Shown here: piece after piece, positions 61,040 through 64,000 of the stretch
How the letters are laid out: each line of letters starts with the position of its first letter
Numbering within the stretch: position 1 is the stretch's first letter
From: an uncultured bacterium
GTDB taxonomy: Bacteria; Planctomycetota; UBA1135; GCA-002686595
DNA: 64,000 bases
Reading direction: 5' to 3'
Assembly: GCA_943787795.1 (NCBI GenBank)
Contig: CALSNU010000001.1
Span: 1,120,001-1,184,000 of the forward strand
Program-made: the position numbers and the translations under genes
Notes under the pieces: generated by a model
The model's input: only the letters and a program-made list of their open reading frames with translations
The model's database searches: none
Told to the model about the DNA's origin: nothing

Positions 61040-63130
61040 ATGAGCCGATCGCGCTTCCTGGGCCTCTTCGCCCTCCCCGTCCTCGTTGCGAGCGCCACCG
61101 CGTTCCCCCTGGACGTTTCCAGCGACTTCGACGCCGCCATCGACCTGTGGTCGCGCGGCCGTAAGCAGGAGGCGCTCGACGCGATGCGTCGCATGCTCGC
61201 CTCCGACCCGGAACCGGCCGAGGTCTTCCAGGTCTATCTCGCCGCGGACTCGGACACCCTCGCCGACTTCATGGCTGAGGGCGATGAGTACACCCAGGTC
61301 GCACTGCGCTTCATCGAGCGCGCGAGCCTCGGCCGTGCCGAGCTTCGTAACGACGATTCGTCGATTCGCAGCCTCGTTCGCGAGTACTTCGGAGCGACGA
61401 CCACCGCTGACCGCCTCTCGGCGCTGTCGCGCATCAGCGCCCAGCACGGTGAATACGCGGTGCCGATGTTCGTGAACGTGCTCGGTGACGACAGCGATCC
61501 CGAGCGGGTCACTGACGCCATGCTGGCGGTTCAGACCATGGGTCCGGCCGCGGTTCAGCCGCTGCTGGCCGCTCTGGCCTCAGAGGATGACTTCCAGCGT
61601 CGCAACGTCGTCATGGCGCTCGGCAACATTGCCGACCCCCGCGCTGGTGCGGCGCTGCTGATGCACGCCACCGCCGACGCTTCCGAGACCATTCGAGCCG
61701 TCGCCGCCCTCGGCGCTGAGCGCTGCGGCGCCGCCGGAGATCCGACGGCCCTCTTCCTCCAACTCGGTGAGGACTACCACCACCGGCGCGCTTCGGTCCT
61801 CCGTGACCTCGACTACAGCGACGTCATCTGGACCTGGAGCGACCGCGCCCTGGTGGCCAACGAGAGCCCGCGTGCCATCTACAACAATGTGCTGGCCAAG
61901 GGTGCGTTCTACCACGCGCTGGGGCTCGCCCCCGACTCCCAGGACGCCGTCGCCGGCATCGCACGTGAGTCGGTGGACATCCAGTCGAAGCTGGCCGCCC
62001 TCGACGCTGCTGGCGAAGACGTCGGCGCCCACCTTGAGGCCGCGAACGAAGGGATGCTGGCCGTGATGAGCGCGGGCACCGACGCCCTCGACCGTGCGCT
62101 GAACATGTCCGTGGCTTCAGGCGACTCCGCCACGGGCGGCCGCCTCGCCTCGGTCCTCGGGCAAATCGCCTCGGCCCCGACGAGCGGCCTCAACGCAGCC
62201 CTGATCGGCGGCGGCGCATCGATGGCCGGTGAGGCCGCCGTGGCCCTCGGCATGATCGGAGCCCGCACCAACACCGCTGTCTCCAGCGATGTGGTCGCCG
62301 AGCTCGGAACCGCTGCGGGTCGCCGTGTCGTCAAGCTGGCCGTGATCATCGACGGGGACGCCCAGCGTGCCGCTGACATGATCACCGCGCTCGACGGACA
62401 GGGCGTCCTCGCCCAGCACGCAGGAAGCGGCGCCCAAGGGCTGGTCATGATCGGCCAGCTCGGCGGCATCGACACGATCCTGGTGGGGGACGACCTTCCG
62501 GATCTCACCACGGACGCGGTCATCTCCCGAGTGCGTCAGAACCCCGCGTTCGAGGGCACCCCGACCTACCTGCTCACCGCGGACGAGGACCTGGCTGACG
62601 CTTACGGCGATCGGATCCAGGGCAGCTTCGCCGGTGCCGACGGGATCGACGCCCTCTCCGATGTCTTCGAGGCTCGTCTCGACGAGAACCGCGCCCGCGC
62701 GGACGCCCTCGCTCAGAGCGCTGCCATGGCACTCCGGATGCTCGCCTGGCGCGGGAACACGGACCTCTCTGGCGCTGTCCCGGGCCTCGCGGCCGCGACC
62801 GACGGTCGCCGCGACGGCATCGCGGTCCCCGCGCTCAACACGATCGGGCTCATCGGCGACGCTTCCCACGTGGACGTGGCCCTCGCGGTGCTCGCCAACG
62901 GCGGCGCATCGGACCTGAGTCGAATCGCTGCCGCGGAAGCTGTCGGGAGGATCGGTGGTCGCATCGACCTCGCCGCTGCCGTCTCCAGCGCCATGCGCGA
63001 GGTGATGGAGAGCGACGCGAGCCTGGAGCTGCGTACCGCCACCGCCAAGGCCCTGGGCCACATGAACCTCGGTGCGGAGTCCCGCGCCGGCGTCCTCGAG
63101 AGCGTCCGCTCGCGAGTCGGCGCTCAGTGA
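61040..63130 (+). CDS. Exported HEAT-repeat protein with embedded degenerate receiver-like domain
   Basis: Signal peptide ending ATA; HEAT units (AVQPLLAAL, ALGNIAD); REC-like block LAVIIDGD...IDTILVGDDLPD...PTYLLT. Confidence 0.85.
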   Translation: MSRSRFLGLFALPVLVASATAFPLDVSSDFDAAIDLWSRGRKQEALDAMRRMLASDPEPAEVFQVYLAADSDTLADFMAEGDEYTQVALRFIERASLGRAELRNDDSSIRSLVREYFGATTTADRLSALSRISAQHGEYAVPMFVNVLGDDSDPERVTDAMLAVQTMGPAAVQPLLAALASEDDFQRRNVVMALGNIADPRAGAALLMHATADASETIRAVAALGAERCGAAGDPTALFLQLGEDYHHRRASVLRDLDYSDVIWTWSDRALVANESPRAIYNNVLAKGAFYHALGLAPDSQDAVAGIARESVDIQSKLAALDAAGEDVGAHLEAANEGMLAVMSAGTDALDRALNMSVASGDSATGGRLASVLGQIASAPTSGLNAALIGGGASMAGEAAVALGMIGARTNTAVSSDVVAELGTAAGRRVVKLAVIIDGDAQRAADMITALDGQGVLAQHAGSGAQGLVMIGQLGGIDTILVGDDLPDLTTDAVISRVRQNPAFEGTPTYLLTADEDLADAYGDRIQGSFAGADGIDALSDVFEARLDENRARADALAQSAAMALRMLAWRGNTDLSGAVPGLAAATDGRRDGIAVPALNTIGLIGDASHVDVALAVLANGGASDLSRIAAAEAVGRIGGRIDLAAAVSSAMREVMESDASLELRTATAKALGHMNLGAESRAGVLESVRSRVGAQ

Positions 63131-63209
63131 GACACGCCCCCGGCTGAGGGGCTGCGGGCGCACCGGCCTGCGGCACTTTGGACGGGTGTTGTCCCGGGTG
63201 AAAAAAACT

Positions 63210-63245
63210 GCGAGGCCCGCTGCCGCTCCCGGCAGCGGGCCTCGC
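63210..63245. terminator. 16-bp perfect stem hairpin preceded by an A7 tract
   Basis: GCGAGGCCCGCTGCCG-CTCC-CGGCAGCGGGCCTCGC. Confidence 0.7.
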
Positions 63246-63320
63246 TATGATTCCTCGCCGCTCGAAGGCGAGCCTGGATCGCGCATCACGCGCGCCGGCC
63301 TTTCCTCCGAGCACCTGAAG

Positions 63321-63395
63321 GCCAGAGTAGCTCAGTGGTAGAGCACTGCTTTCGTAAAGCAGCGGTCACGGGTTCAAATCCCGTCTCTGGCTCCA
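63321..63395 (+). tRNA. tRNA-Thr, anticodon CGT
   Basis: Acceptor stem GCCAGAG/CTCTGGC, anticodon arm CTGCT-TTCGTAA-AGCAG, GGTTCAAATCC T-arm, encoded CCA. Confidence 0.98.
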
Positions 63396-63425
63396 TCCCC
63401 CTTCGCGCCCCAGGAGGGCCCGCGG

Positions 63426-64000
63426 ATGCCGAGCCCCTCCGAGCCGAAGGATCGCCTGGTCGGCGTCCTTCACCTGCTGCCGACGCCGGGCGCGCCCGCC
63501 GCGCAAGGCGGTTCCATGGAGGGCCTTGTGGCGCTCGCTGTCCAGGACGCGGCGGCTTATGTGGCGGGCGGGATCTCGACCCTGGTGGTGGAGAACTATC
63601 ACGACGCGCCGTTCTTCAAGGACGACGCGGGCCCGGCGACCCACGCGGCGATGACGGTTGCAGCGGCCCGGGTGCTCGCCGTTCCGGGGGTCGAGTCGCT
63701 CGGCATCAACGTGCTGCGCAACGACGCCCACGGCGCGCTTGGAATCGCTGCTGCCGTGGGAGCGGACTTCATCCGGGTCAATGTCCACACCGGTTCGATG
63801 TACACCGACCAGGGCCTGATCGAGGGGCAAGCGGCGAGGACCATGCGTCAGCGGGCGGCGCTCTGTCCGGCGGTGCGAGTCTTCGCCGACGTTCACGTCA
63901 AGCATGCCTCGCCGGTGGTGGGGGAGGTCCTCGAGGACGCCGCTCGGGACGCGGTGTATCGGGGACGTGCGGACGGCTTGATCGTGTCGGGGGTGGCCAC
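63426..64000 (+). CDS. BtpA/SgcQ family protein; 3'-truncated by the window
   Basis: AGGAGG RBS; LVGVLHLLPTPGAP, VENYHDAPF, GINVLRND, DQGLIEG, ADVHVKH. Confidence 0.93.
   Translation, partial: MPSPSEPKDRLVGVLHLLPTPGAPAAQGGSMEGLVALAVQDAAAYVAGGISTLVVENYHDAPFFKDDAGPATHAAMTVAAARVLAVPGVESLGINVLRNDAHGALGIAAAVGADFIRVNVHTGSMYTDQGLIEGQAARTMRQRAALCPAVRVFADVHVKHASPVVGEVLEDAARDAVYRGRADGLIVSGVA

Noticed and set aside
63321..64000. tRNA-Thr as an integration site for a genomic island
   Set aside because: No integrase, no duplicated tRNA 3' end and no evident compositional shift; the next gene is a BtpA family housekeeping-type gene.

Overview
GC-rich bacterial chromosomal segment, most likely from a Planctomycetota genome (inferred from the DUF1592/DUF1552 cytochrome pair, the HEAT and VWA proteins and many lipoproteins). 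It holds about 50 CDS and one tRNA-Thr(CGT). Housekeeping genes include lexA, nadB, hflX, secDF, rplS, trmD, ribE, trpS, dtd, HU/IHF, mutS2, metG, pyrG and anmK. I found no CRISPR array, prophage or IS element. Highlights: (1) a 122-aa gene missed by the ORF track (2895-3263, minus) with an in-frame TGA followed by an fdhF-like SECIS hairpin, i.e. a candidate selenoprotein with a Zn ribbon, lying between yciB and a rhomboid protease; (2) a five-gene MglA/MglB-type module with three roadblock-domain proteins and an MglA GTPase that carries a long Pro/Ala linker and a C-terminal membrane anchor; (3) a patatin-ferredoxin fusion; (4) an MlaEFD operon led by a Trp/Phe/Pro-repeat lipoprotein; (5) a 58% Lys/Arg histone H1-like protein; (6) many locus-specific tandem arrays, several apparently seeded from stop-codon regions. 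All family calls come from motif recognition by eye; no database searches were run.
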